A DNA stretch of 64,000 bases from Candidatus Bathyarchaeota archaeon (GTDB taxonomy: Archaea; Thermoproteota; Bathyarchaeia; 40CM-2-53-6). A model generated the notes under the pieces. The model did not search any database, had not been told where the DNA came from, and saw nothing but the letters and a program-made list of their open reading frames with translations. Location of the stretch: the NCBI GenBank assembly GCA_963726255.1, contig CAVSBL010000002.1, forward strand, positions 704,001 through 768,000. The letters run 5' to 3'. Shown here piece after piece: positions 37,659 through 47,612 of the stretch (positions within the stretch are counted from its first letter, which is position 1; each line of letters begins with the position of its first letter). Both the position numbers and the translations under genes were made by a program.

Positions 37659-40043
37659 TTATCGTCTTAATGCGCCGAGAATTCCGCCCACGACGCCAAG
37701 TACGAAACCGGCGACAAAGCCTCCGCCGATTATGATGCTGAACACGGCGAACGGAAAGATGATCACATCAGCGATCGCTCCATGCCCCATCACCATAATG
37801 ATGGAAGCCATGATTATCGTTAGGCCAATGATGACGCCAATTGCGAAGGCGTATGATTGCCCTATTGCTGGCAGCCAGAAGAATATAGCGGACCAATTCA
37901 CGGGAGGCCCGTAGAATGACGGCGCGAGCAACGCTGCACTATTGAGCAGAACCAAGATTCCGGAAACAAGGCAAAGCGAAAATCCAACAACACTTCCTCT
38001 TCTGCGCGCGCTCACCGCAGCGACTCTAGGCGGGCCTCGCGCGAGTATAACTTGCGGCCTTCCGCAGAACGGGCAAAATACTGCTTGCAGGGGCATCATT
38101 CTCCCGCAATTCCGGCAGCGCACAGTGGGGAGCGGCATGACGTATTGCGCCCGCGGCCGCATCCTTCTAGGGCCTTTCCTCGAGAACCAGAATGCGAGCA
38201 GACCTAACCCTATTGACAGAAAGAGGAGCATCAGCACGATCAGGTAGATTAGATAGTTGAAAGCGGGCGTTGGGACATCGAGCACGACGTCAGCAGTATG
38301 AACCTGTGCGCCGCTTGTTCCAACCACCGTGATCGTGTAATTACCTGCAGCTAACGATGTGTCCGGGCAGAGCAGAAGTGAGGAGGATGCTGAGCCACCC
38401 TCTGGTGGTGTAACAGAAGAACTAGGATTGAAGCTTCCCGAGACATGCGAAGGCAGGTTATTCAGAGTGAGGTCGACAGGCGAGCTGAAATTGCCGAGAG
38501 AGGTAACTGTAACGGTGACGTTCCCGCACTGTCCCTGATTGACTACAACAGGGTTCGGGTTAACAGCGACTGCAAAGTCTGAGACGGGAGTAACAGTCAG
38601 CGTCACGGTGACACTATGCGTGATCAGAGGCAAGGTCGAAGTTCCGGTGAGCGTGATGGTATACGTTCCTGGGGGCGTACTGAATGACGTTGGAATTGTC
38701 AACGTTGCGGATACGGCTCCCCCGGAACTGGTTGTCACTGATGAAGGATCGATGCTGGCTTGCGTTCCTGGTGGCAGTCCTCCGGTGACCTGCAGGTTCA
38801 CAAGAGAGCTGAGGGTACCAATCTGGGTCACACTCACAGTGTATGTTGCTGTGTTGCCTTGTGGAACACTTTGTGTCACTGGCGTTGCTGAAAGGATAAA
38901 GTCAAAAGGTTGCGGGCCGTGAACGAACTTATCCCCGTAAATTTCGTAGGTCGCATAGTAACCGTTTAGGTCTGCATAGGTTGGGTACAGCTGCTGGTAG
39001 GGTTGGAATGCCAAGCCTTCGACTACGCCGTTGCCGTATGGAAAGTAGAAGGCGAGAATCGCGTACGGGACCTGAGGGTGTGGGTAACCATAATTCTTGG
39101 TGTCCATGAGAATTCTGACATCGCCAGCGTGTGCCGGCTGTACTGCCGTCGGCACCCATTGGCCCGCTCCGGCTTCAGTCAAGATCTTTGCGGTGTTCGG
39201 GGTTGGGCCAGGATTGTAGTATTGACTGGGGAACTCAGGATTGAACCCCCCTCTTGGCGGATTATAGACTGTAATAGTTGGGGTGGATGCTATTCCACTT
39301 GCTCCCAGTTGCATGTAGCCCGGAAAAGTTGAGTTGAGGTCGAGCAGTGCTGCATCAGTAAACATTACTTCGTTTCCTGCTTGTACGTGAGTGGAAATCG
39401 TGTTGTAGACGGCTTGGATCTGGGCGCGGCGGTCAGGCGCGTATGGTATTGGATTGCCGTACCATCCTGGGCTGTCAAGAACGATAAGCGTGAATTGATT
39501 TATCAGCGAAGGATCAGCTAGTATCTGATCTGTGGTCACCTGAGTGTAGCTTATTCCCATCCTCGTGAGCGTAAGGAAGGTCTTCCCCCAATAACCATCT
39601 CCGATCACGAGAATTTTCGTTGGCTCCCTCACGAAGAAAATCTTGTTCGAGGTGAGAGGAGATACCAGATGCGTGACAGTTACCTTTGAAAAGGTGGAAT
39701 TGTTCGACATCGTATTAATCGCGGAATCATAAGATGAATCAATAAGGAATGGCCCACCTTGGTACACATCGCCGCCAGGAGTCAGCTGCGTTTGCAATGT
39801 GACATCAGGCGGCTCAATAACGCGCGCAACAAGAGAGCCGGGGTTATTCCTCAAAAACTCATGAATTAGCCCGTAAACATGAATCCTGTCGTTCTGCTTG
39901 CCATCCATTGGGACGACGATTGTCCCCGCTGGAAAAGTAGCCGACGCTAACGGAGCAATGACCGCCGATACCGGGGTTAGCGCTGGTGTTAGGAGCGCCA
40001 ACGCCAAGATGAGGCACGCGACTAGGTTTCGGGTGGCTTTCAT
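37659..40043 (-). CDS. Large exported/membrane protein: N-terminal enzyme-like domain, two Ig-like repeats, TM, zinc ribbon, three TMs
   Basis: Signal peptide; repeats DFILSATP..YTITLTGTS and DFAVAVNP..YTITVVGTS; CRNCG..CPFCG; hydrophobic C-terminus. Confidence 0.82.
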   Translation of the reverse strand: MKATRNLVACLILALALLTPALTPVSAVIAPLASATFPAGTIVVPMDGKQNDRIHVYGLIHEFLRNNPGSLVARVIEPPDVTLQTQLTPGGDVYQGGPFLIDSSYDSAINTMSNNSTFSKVTVTHLVSPLTSNKIFFVREPTKILVIGDGYWGKTFLTLTRMGISYTQVTTDQILADPSLINQFTLIVLDSPGWYGNPIPYAPDRRAQIQAVYNTISTHVQAGNEVMFTDAALLDLNSTFPGYMQLGASGIASTPTITVYNPPRGGFNPEFPSQYYNPGPTPNTAKILTEAGAGQWVPTAVQPAHAGDVRILMDTKNYGYPHPQVPYAILAFYFPYGNGVVEGLAFQPYQQLYPTYADLNGYYATYEIYGDKFVHGPQPFDFILSATPVTQSVPQGNTATYTVSVTQIGTLSSLVNLQVTGGLPPGTQASIDPSSVTTSSGGAVSATLTIPTSFSTPPGTYTITLTGTSTLPLITHSVTVTLTVTPVSDFAVAVNPNPVVVNQGQCGNVTVTVTSLGNFSSPVDLTLNNLPSHVSGSFNPSSSVTPPEGGSASSSLLLCPDTSLAAGNYTITVVGTSGAQVHTADVVLDVPTPAFNYLIYLIVLMLLFLSIGLGLLAFWFSRKGPRRMRPRAQYVMPLPTVRCRNCGRMMPLQAVFCPFCGRPQVILARGPPRVAAVSARRRGSVVGFSLCLVSGILVLLNSAALLAPSFYGPPVNWSAIFFWLPAIGQSYAFAIGVIIGLTIIMASIIMVMGHGAIADVIIFPFAVFSIIIGGGFVAGFVLGVVGGILGALRR

Positions 40044-40311
40044 AACAGTGCCTCAATTTGATTCATAATCTGGCAATTTTTGGTTTTCGCGGATACTATG
40101 TAACGCATGCACACATTACTTAAGACTTCAGTGCCTCTCCCCATTTCAAACTAATTAATGACCTATATCCTGAGCGGAGAACGCCGAAACATGCCAGCTT
40201 AATCGTCTAAATTATCCCTGGGTTCATATGGGCTCTTTGTCACATAAATGCACGGAACTGTAGAGACTGCCAGAAATACGCGGCATCTTCTATCTCATGC
40301 AGCAGAATCGG

Positions 40312-41475
40312 CTATGGGCCACGTTTGGCCGGTCCATTCTCGGCGCCTAGTTTGGCTCCGCAGTGAATACAATGCACCCATCCTTCCTCTATATCCCCGC
40401 CACAATTCGAACACACAGACACCGGTGCAAATGATTCCGCACTGATCTGGGCGGTTTTCTTACGTCTAAACGCGAGCAGAACCACTTCGCCTAGTACGCC
40501 CGCGGCTATGATAATCGGGAGAATAATCAAATCGCCATATTCAACTGAAAAGTTAGCATAGATTGTCTTTGGCGAGTTCATCGTGAAGTTGATATCGCGA
40601 GATCGGGAAGTGACATCACCCGACCATCCTGAAAAATCATATTTCCCACCCAAGAGCCCTAAAGGCCAAAACATTGAAACGGAATCAAAACCGTGAAGCG
40701 ACACATTCGACTCGGCGTCATACCATTTCTCAGATGAATAGCCTGGCACTGTCGAAGTAACTCGCAACAAGTACTGCGTTCTATAGGAACCTACGACCAG
40801 TGTATCCCTATCCAACGTTAAAATTCTGTGCGTTTGATTATTCCCGTCCTGCCATCCATTGAACATTATGCGCGTCGAGTTCGGGTATTCTAGAAAAGCG
40901 GAAACGGACAAAGGATATTCCGTTCCCACCAGCAAAGAGGCAGTTGCACTCCCGAACTGCGTTGTTGTCTCGGATACGTTGCCTATTGCAACTTCAATCC
41001 CCGGCACCCCTAACTCAACTTGAAGCGTCGCATATCGTGCAACCTTAATCGCCACTTGCCTGAGTCCGGGACCTAAAATCGTGTCATTGTAAAATTTCCA
41101 TACGCCGTTATCAAAGTAATATGCATACGCTGATAGTTCGAGGGTACCTTCGGTTGGTGGGGCAGTAAAGTTGAGGTTCCAGACCTCGTCACCTCCCCCA
41201 CTAACGATTGCAACATCACTCTGCCAAAGAGGAGTGCTCGCGTTTCCCATGCCCTCGAATATGGCCGCCCGGATACTAGCATTCGTGACGATCTCGTACT
41301 CAACGTCTAACTTAACCGAGAACATTTCGCTCGGCGCGACTTGTTTTGGGCAAACAAAGCTTGATATCCGCACTCTGCCGAGGCTTGGCTCCTCAGCAAA
41401 GACTCCAATCGTGCAGAAGGAAAGTACCAAAAAGGCTACAAGGATCACGCATTTTCGAGTCGCCGACAAGGTCAT
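40312..41475 (-). CDS. Exported protein with TM anchor and cytoplasmic zinc ribbon
   Basis: Signal peptide, FNGWQDG and FSGWSGD repeat-like motifs, TM, CSNCG..CIHCG. Confidence 0.82.
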   Translation of the reverse strand: MTLSATRKCVILVAFLVLSFCTIGVFAEEPSLGRVRISSFVCPKQVAPSEMFSVKLDVEYEIVTNASIRAAIFEGMGNASTPLWQSDVAIVSGGGDEVWNLNFTAPPTEGTLELSAYAYYFDNGVWKFYNDTILGPGLRQVAIKVARYATLQVELGVPGIEVAIGNVSETTTQFGSATASLLVGTEYPLSVSAFLEYPNSTRIMFNGWQDGNNQTHRILTLDRDTLVVGSYRTQYLLRVTSTVPGYSSEKWYDAESNVSLHGFDSVSMFWPLGLLGGKYDFSGWSGDVTSRSRDINFTMNSPKTIYANFSVEYGDLIILPIIIAAGVLGEVVLLAFRRKKTAQISAESFAPVSVCSNCGGDIEEGWVHCIHCGAKLGAENGPAKRGP

Positions 41476-41701
41476 TCGCGCCTCCAGTGCAATGGATTCC
41501 CATCGAAAGGTATTACACCCCAGTTTTTTAACACCACTCTAAGTCGTTCATCCGGAGAACTGTGCATTTCGCTCGCGATAATGAACGAAAATTAATGAAA
41601 CCAAGCCAAGATTACTGCATAAGTGAATCTTTAGTTTACATCGGACGAACATGAATGCGGCGAAAACCATGCCGCCGTATGGACGGGGAGGCGCTGACGC
41701 T

Positions 41702-42595
41702 TCATCTTGACAGGTACCGAAGAATGCCCAAGACGTTGATTTTGATCGAGATTCGCAGGTATTCAGGCACCTCACTAGTTGGGCGACGCATAACCCCAGC
41801 AATCTCGTCCGTTAGGGCGTTCGACATTTGCTCATCAGACCATCCAGCCTCCCTCATCTGCCTAATGTTCTTCAGCCAATGCTGAAGCAAATTGACGTTT
41901 TCTGTTATCCACGGCATCGCATCTCTCACAACGCCGTAATGAGGCGTGTAGAACTCGGTCGGAGAACTTCCTCGTATCCGCTCGAGGGACTGGAGCGTTT
42001 CCTCCAGGTTGAAACTCGTCGGAGGTGTGGTGGGAATCAGTACAGGAAATTTCGGGAAACAGATTCCAACTGCGTCGCCTGTAAAGAAGGCATTGTGGCC
42101 TTCCCATTCGTAACTTAGGTGATGTGAAGCATGCCCCGGAGTCCAGACAGTGCGAAGAGTTGTTCCCCGCCCCAAGTCGACCACGTCGCCATCAACTGCA
42201 ACGCGGACGCGCCCTTGGGCAATGGGTTCAGGCCTACCGTACCTCTGCACGAGTTCAGATCCGAATAATTCACCTGCGCCTTTCCAAAGACGCGAAGGAT
42301 CAACTAAATGCGGCTCACCCTTCGGATGGACCCTGATTGAGGCGTTCGTGAACTTCCTGGCAAGAGTTCCACAGGAACCACAGTGGTCCAAATGAACGTG
42401 TGTCGGTAGAAGATAATCTGGATTGATTCCGTTGCTAGCAAGGTCGCGAAGAACAACGTCAGCAGAGGACTGATAACCCATATCGATAAGTGCTGTCTCC
42501 TTTCCAGCAACAACGTAAGCGGCCACGACGTTTAGCGCATCAAGCGCTTGAGTGTCGATGATCGCAACAGATTCGCTGAGTTTCCTGAGCAACAT
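41702..42595 (-). CDS. MBL-fold metallo-hydrolase
   Basis: THVHLDHCG, TPGHASHH, FTGDA, PHYG. Confidence 0.93.
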   Translation of the reverse strand: MLLRKLSESVAIIDTQALDALNVVAAYVVAGKETALIDMGYQSSADVVLRDLASNGINPDYLLPTHVHLDHCGSCGTLARKFTNASIRVHPKGEPHLVDPSRLWKGAGELFGSELVQRYGRPEPIAQGRVRVAVDGDVVDLGRGTTLRTVWTPGHASHHLSYEWEGHNAFFTGDAVGICFPKFPVLIPTTPPTSFNLEETLQSLERIRGSSPTEFYTPHYGVVRDAMPWITENVNLLQHWLKNIRQMREAGWSDEQMSNALTDEIAGVMRRPTSEVPEYLRISIKINVLGILRYLSR

Positions 42596-42674
42596 GTTCC
42601 CCTGGACAAGTGGGCAGCCGAAACAAGTATATGGGTAGGATTAAAGCCTCATGAGAACACCTGTAGGGTTCACA

Positions 42675-43001
42675 ATGTCCAGGCCAGAGCTCCCAGAAGA
42701 CCTCGAGGTTTTCATAGACCAATTAGACGAACAAGGACGCGTTACTTACATATCCGGGTACTTTGAATACAAGAAGACCCGATTGAAGTTCGGCGCGATC
42801 GGAATGGAAGGGTACGGTGGCCCCAACATCGGGGCGACGCTCTCGGATGAAACGCTCTCGGCACTCAGACAACTCGGCCTCGACAGTGTGGCCATCGATG
42901 AACTGATTACAGCTCTTCAGCGAAAGATTATGGAGGGCCAAGCGCACATCGAACTCCCCGAAAGTCAAGAACCGACTGGGCAAGATAAAGCGAAAACGTA
43001 A
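42675..43001 (+). CDS. Hypothetical protein
   Basis: Clean ORF (MSRPELPEDLEVFID...) with TATA-like ttaaa upstream. Confidence 0.7.
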   Translation: MSRPELPEDLEVFIDQLDEQGRVTYISGYFEYKKTRLKFGAIGMEGYGGPNIGATLSDETLSALRQLGLDSVAIDELITALQRKIMEGQAHIELPESQEPTGQDKAKT

Positions 43002-43013
43002 GCAACCGACGTT

Positions 43014-43301
43014 TTAGTCTTGGGCATCGTGCTGCGAAAGACTGCAGTTTGGGCATTCGCTCGCATCTCTAGGGATCTGTGACATGCAATACCAGCAGAA
43101 CTTCTTGCCCTCCGCAGGTTCAATCGCCAGTGGTTCGTTCCTGAGGAACCCCAGAATGAACATAATTAGTCCAACAATCGCAATTGGCAACCCGAACATC
43201 GACACGCCTAGAGGAACATAGAAATCTGTGAAAACAAGAAACCCTCCGAATATGGCTACGATAGCACCCGAGGCGACCAGCCCTGTGTACATTTGGACCA
43301 C
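43014..43301 (-). CDS. Two-TM protein with C-terminal zinc ribbon
   Basis: Two hydrophobic helices then CWYC..CPNC. Confidence 0.8.
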   Translation of the reverse strand: MVQMYTGLVASGAIVAIFGGFLVFTDFYVPLGVSMFGLPIAIVGLIMFILGFLRNEPLAIEPAEGKKFCWYCMSQIPRDASECPNCSLSQHDAQD

Positions 43302-43354
43302 GCAAGATTGAATATGCAGCTGGATATGGGCTTTTTTCCCGAGGATGACGATTC

Positions 43355-44230
43355 ATGATTACGAGAACCGCCAAAGCATCATCAGGTCTCTTGTCTCAAG
43401 CAGCGGACCTCATTGTTGAAAATGGGACCTATTTGAAGGAGATATTTCCTCAATGCTCGAATAAAACAGAAGTGCAATCCGAACTCAAGCGATCGCCTGA
43501 GGAATGGAATCTACTCTTCACAGATCAATTAGCCGCGCTATTCACTCTTCATATCTCCGATACGGAGGCTGCGATTGGCAAATTTCTCCCTTCCCCTTCA
43601 CTCCCCTTTGACTCATTGGTTCCTACCCTTCAACAAGATCTCAATAGAATGAAAATCGGCCTTCTTACTCTTCACGTTCCGGAGGAGATGTCTAAGGCGC
43701 TCGTGAAGAATGGCTTTGAGAAACGGCGTATCCTTGTGAAACTACAAGGGCCGACCGTTGATACGAAATTGATGCCCATCCTTCCGCTCAACAGTCCAAA
43801 GCCGCGGGACCTGCCTATTCTTGCCAAACTCATGTATGACTGCTACGAGAAAGGTTCGGAGCCGAAGTTGTCTAGCATTGCCTCCGCGGAGAGATTGCTA
43901 AGCGGCATAATGAACGGCATATATGGGCCTTACGTGGCTGGGGCGTCGCTAACTAGCGGCGCAACCCAGAACATTGTAAGCGCCTGCTTCATAACACTCT
44001 CTAGTCCCACGGAAGCACACGTCGCGCAGCTGTACACCCATCCGCTCTATCGAGCGCGAGGACTCGCCACCACGGAGGTTGCGACGGGCATGAACAAGTT
44101 GATCAAGCGGGGCGTTCAGACGCTGACGGTTTGGCTCGGTGAGGATAACGAGATAGCTGGGAGACTCTTTGCAAAGCTGGGTTTCAAACCGCAGCAGAAG
44201 TTGGTAGAGATGGTTAGCAGGATTCAGTGA
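43355..44230 (+). CDS. GNAT-family acetyltransferase (tandem domain)
   Basis: VAQLYTHPLYRARGLAT, NEIAGRLFAKLGF. Confidence 0.85.
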   Translation: MITRTAKASSGLLSQAADLIVENGTYLKEIFPQCSNKTEVQSELKRSPEEWNLLFTDQLAALFTLHISDTEAAIGKFLPSPSLPFDSLVPTLQQDLNRMKIGLLTLHVPEEMSKALVKNGFEKRRILVKLQGPTVDTKLMPILPLNSPKPRDLPILAKLMYDCYEKGSEPKLSSIASAERLLSGIMNGIYGPYVAGASLTSGATQNIVSACFITLSSPTEAHVAQLYTHPLYRARGLATTEVATGMNKLIKRGVQTLTVWLGEDNEIAGRLFAKLGFKPQQKLVEMVSRIQ

Positions 44231-44245
44231 TCTCTGCCAGAAGTA

Positions 44246-44812
44246 TCAGGCTTTGAACCAGCGAAACACAAGGTAATCCACTTTCTTACTCCGCCCTCTA
44301 GGTACTGCAATCGTGAATTGCTTTCGAACGGTGGTCGCCAAGCGGCCCGCTAACACAACCTCGAAGGGCCCCATGGTCTCCTCTTCCCTCTTCACTGTAA
44401 CAATGAACGGGGCGTGGTCGATTCCCGGGCCATGTTCGTAGATAGCAAAGTCCGACCCGAATCTTATCCCAGGGGTCACGATGAGCCCCTTCTCACGCAG
44501 GTTCTCGTAAGCGCTGTATCCCAGATCAAACTGCTTGTAAGTCTTGTTGGCCACTCTTAGGAGCATCGACCTGCTAACAGGTTCAGAGTTCTTGACGTTA
44601 ACCACTTTGATTATTTTTCGATCGAGAAGGTACAACGCCTCCATCAAATCGAGCATCAAGGGTGCCTTGAACTCTTGTTCCGGTTTGGGCTTTGGAATCC
44701 CTACAGGCTTACCGAAGAAACCCATCCGGTAAAGTGCCAATCCCTCTCTATGGTCCCACACAATGAGCCTGGTTCCTATCAATTCCGCGGCAATGGGCTT
44801 CATGTGCGGCAC
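44246..44812 (-). CDS. endA: tRNA-intron endonuclease, catalytic subunit, with crenarchaeal-specific-loop-like insert
   Basis: GIRFGSDFAIYEHGPGIDHA..GRLATTVRK (Y-H-K triad); GFFGKPVGIPKPK loop. Confidence 0.93.
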   Translation of the reverse strand: MPHMKPIAAELIGTRLIVWDHREGLALYRMGFFGKPVGIPKPKPEQEFKAPLMLDLMEALYLLDRKIIKVVNVKNSEPVSRSMLLRVANKTYKQFDLGYSAYENLREKGLIVTPGIRFGSDFAIYEHGPGIDHAPFIVTVKREEETMGPFEVVLAGRLATTVRKQFTIAVPRGRSKKVDYLVFRWFKA

Positions 44813-44813
44813 C

Positions 44814-45473
44814 CTATGCTGTGAGGGCGAGCACTCGTATATGGTCCACTACATCTACGCCTATGTCGGCTATCCTTTCGGCTCTCTCAACTAAGTCACG
44901 AAAGAAGAGCAAAGTCTGCAAGGGCATCTTGCTTGAGATCAAGTCCAAGTCAAGGTGTCGTGATTCAGCGTCAACTTGGCGCTCAAGGTCTTCCACAGCC
45001 TTGGCAGTTTCCACTGCCTTTTCCGCATCGAATGATAGCGAGTGAAGCGTTTCCCTTACTTTGGAGATTTCCTTCAGCACCGAACTCATCAGATGGGATA
45101 CTTCTTCCAATCGCTTGTTGTCTAATTTCCATTTGAGGTCCACGACGCCCATGAGTCTGTATCCCATGGCTTCGCAGTATTCTGCAACTTCACCAAGCCG
45201 AAACAGCAAGCGCAGGAAGTCCTCTCTGCTTATGAGTAAGCTTCCTACGGATGCAACTTCACTCAGAAAGGTTGCCTTGTTCTTTTCGTTCTCTTGAAGT
45301 GTCTTCAGGATATTTTCGTAGTTCTCTTTCGCGAGCTTAGGTTTCTTGTCAGCGAGATTATCAAGGAGTACCACAACTTGCCTCGTGATTTCTACAACAT
45401 TCCTCGCATGGGCTTGGCACAGCTCGAGCATTCTGCGCCTTATGTTTGCCTCGTTCTCTATGGGAAATGTCAA
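44814..45473 (-). CDS. DUF47/PhoU-like helical protein
   Basis: LISREDFLRL..EDLERQVD..ERIADIGVD. Start TTG 45473 is likely. Confidence 0.8.
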   Translation of the reverse strand: MTFPIENEANIRRRMLELCQAHARNVVEITRQVVVLLDNLADKKPKLAKENYENILKTLQENEKNKATFLSEVASVGSLLISREDFLRLLFRLGEVAEYCEAMGYRLMGVVDLKWKLDNKRLEEVSHLMSSVLKEISKVRETLHSLSFDAEKAVETAKAVEDLERQVDAESRHLDLDLISSKMPLQTLLFFRDLVERAERIADIGVDVVDHIRVLALTA

Positions 45474-45560
45474 GCTAGTTGCATCGCCGGGACGTGCTGT
45501 AGCTATTAGGGCGGTTGGGGAATTAAACCATAGCCCAACATGCCACAATTATGTCTGGGG

Positions 45561-47330
45561 CTACTCGTAAGCCACCTTGACAGGCGTCCCAAGGTCCGGA
45601 AAAGTCAATTTTCTTTGGAAGAACTGTCGGGCGAGTTCAGGGATCGCCTTCCACTCGTTGCGGACCTGTTGCCACGTATCCCTATCCCTAAGCGTAACAG
45701 TGCCGTTTTCCTTTGTTTGATAGTCTACGGTGATTGATAGCGGAACACCGACTTCGTCCGCGCGCGCATACCGCCTTCCAATCGTCCCGCCCTCATCGTA
45801 TTCAACCTCGAAGCCCTGCGCAAAAAGGAAGGCTTGGATCTCGGCGGAAAGTTCAGCGAGGCCGTCCTTCGCCATCAATGGAAATACCATCATCTGAGTG
45901 GGAGCCAGGTCAACTGGAAGCTTGAGAACCACCCGGTCTTTCACACGATTGTACGAATATTCCAAGGCTGAATACACAATTCTCTCCGCGCCATAACTTG
46001 GCTCCACAACGTGCGGCAAGAATCGCCTGCCTGTTTCGCGTATTGAACGCTCTTCGAAACGCACATGCGATGGCAGAATCTTGAAGCCCTGCAGCTCAAA
46101 GTAACCAGATTTCTCGAAGGCCGCTTTCACATTTTCAGGTCTGGTCGAAACCAAGGCGCTAAGCATCGCCTTTGCCCTTTCTCGCAACAATGGCCCAAGG
46201 ACCGAATCGAGAGGAACAATCACGGTGGACTTTCTCTCTATGGGAGTCGAATGAGGTTTGAAAATTGTAAGGTCGACGCCTGAAGATTTCATGTGTGCTG
46301 ATAAGTCGAAATCCGTCCTGTACGCGTGTCCTGCAATTTCTACCCATCCCCACCTGTCGAGCCAAATCTGATGGTCAAAGGTTTGACTTGAGTAGTGCGA
46401 ACGTTCTGCAGGTAGCTTTTCCTCGAACCTTTGTTTTTCTGATGGAATACCAAGTGAACTTGCAAATTGTATGGAGAGCGCCATGAAATAAGCAGACCAT
46501 TCTGTCTGAACAAATCCGCGTTCTACTGCCTCTTGGGCAGTGACCTGCGTTAGATCAGTACTGTGTTGCTCGCGAGTCTTCGCGAGATAGAGCGGTAGGA
46601 TAACATTCTTCACGCCATTGAGGTATTTGCATTTCCGTTCTTCAGGGTCAAAGAAGAATTCTATTTCCATGATGGTGAATTCTCGCAGCCTGATTGGGCC
46701 CTGTCGTGGCGAAATCTCATTGCGCATGACTGTGCCTATCTGTGCTATGCCGATCGGTAGCCTTTCTCGGCTAGTTTCATAGACACGCTTGAAATCGACA
46801 AATATCCCTTGCGCGGCCTCCGGCCTACCGTAACCTGGTGCGTCACCATATGGGCCGATGTTCGTCTTGAACATGGTCGAGAAAAATTCCGACTTGCTCA
46901 GCTTCCCTCCACACTCAGGGCAGCGAACATGGTTTTCCGCGATGAATGAGTCTATTTCCACTGGCGACATGGCTTCGACGGCAATGTCGGTTCTTCCCGG
47001 CATTGCCTCAGTGATAACGTAGTCAGCCTTGAAATGCCTCTTGCACTCTTCGCAACTAACCATCAGATCTTTGAAGTGTTCAATGTGACCTGAAGCTAGG
47101 AATATTTTTTCAGGGGTTATGACGGGAGTGGAGATCGCTACAAAGCCATGCTGGTATACGAAAAGATCCAGCCACTTGTCCTCTATGCGCCTCTTCAGTT
47201 TTGCGCCTAGAGGCCCCAGGTCAAGATACCCGCTTGTGCCCCCATAGATTTCGAACGACGGCCAGAAGAACCCTCGGCGTTTGGCCAGGTCTGATAAGAG
47301 TTCGTATTTGTCGATGCCTTCCAAGTTCAA
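45561..47330 (-). CDS. glyS: Glycine--tRNA ligase (alpha2 type)
   Basis: LAKRRGFFWPSFEIYGG, RPEAAQGIF, RNEISPRQGPIRLREF, PHVVEPSYG, IGRRYARADEVG. Confidence 0.97.
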   Translation of the reverse strand: MNLEGIDKYELLSDLAKRRGFFWPSFEIYGGTSGYLDLGPLGAKLKRRIEDKWLDLFVYQHGFVAISTPVITPEKIFLASGHIEHFKDLMVSCEECKRHFKADYVITEAMPGRTDIAVEAMSPVEIDSFIAENHVRCPECGGKLSKSEFFSTMFKTNIGPYGDAPGYGRPEAAQGIFVDFKRVYETSRERLPIGIAQIGTVMRNEISPRQGPIRLREFTIMEIEFFFDPEERKCKYLNGVKNVILPLYLAKTREQHSTDLTQVTAQEAVERGFVQTEWSAYFMALSIQFASSLGIPSEKQRFEEKLPAERSHYSSQTFDHQIWLDRWGWVEIAGHAYRTDFDLSAHMKSSGVDLTIFKPHSTPIERKSTVIVPLDSVLGPLLRERAKAMLSALVSTRPENVKAAFEKSGYFELQGFKILPSHVRFEERSIRETGRRFLPHVVEPSYGAERIVYSALEYSYNRVKDRVVLKLPVDLAPTQMMVFPLMAKDGLAELSAEIQAFLFAQGFEVEYDEGGTIGRRYARADEVGVPLSITVDYQTKENGTVTLRDRDTWQQVRNEWKAIPELARQFFQRKLTFPDLGTPVKVAYE

Positions 47331-47423
47331 ACCTCAAGTCCTTGTTCAGGAGCGCCTCACTTACTCTTGGTCCGGTCTTAACACATTTCCCGGCGCTTCC
47401 TTAAAGCATCCGACTGAGAATGA

Positions 47424-47552
47424 TCAATCGCTGGGAATGACATCCACGTAGGTGCGACATTTCTCGCAGAACGGCTATATGTCCCCGGCTGACGACATTG
47501 TGTTAACGAAGACTTCAATCTTGGTACCGCAGGTGGCGCACTTAACGTTCAT
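47424..47552 (-). pseudogene. Small zinc-ribbon microprotein with an in-frame TAG
   Basis: Manual translation: MNVKCATCGTKIEVFVNTMSSAGDI*PFCEKCRTYVDVIPSD*. TAG at 47475-47477 lies between the two CxxC pairs. Confidence 0.55.
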
Positions 47553-47612
47553 GCCGTACAGCCTGTTATCTTTCTTGAGGAAGGCTGAGTCAATTCCCAA
47601 TTCCGGTCACGA

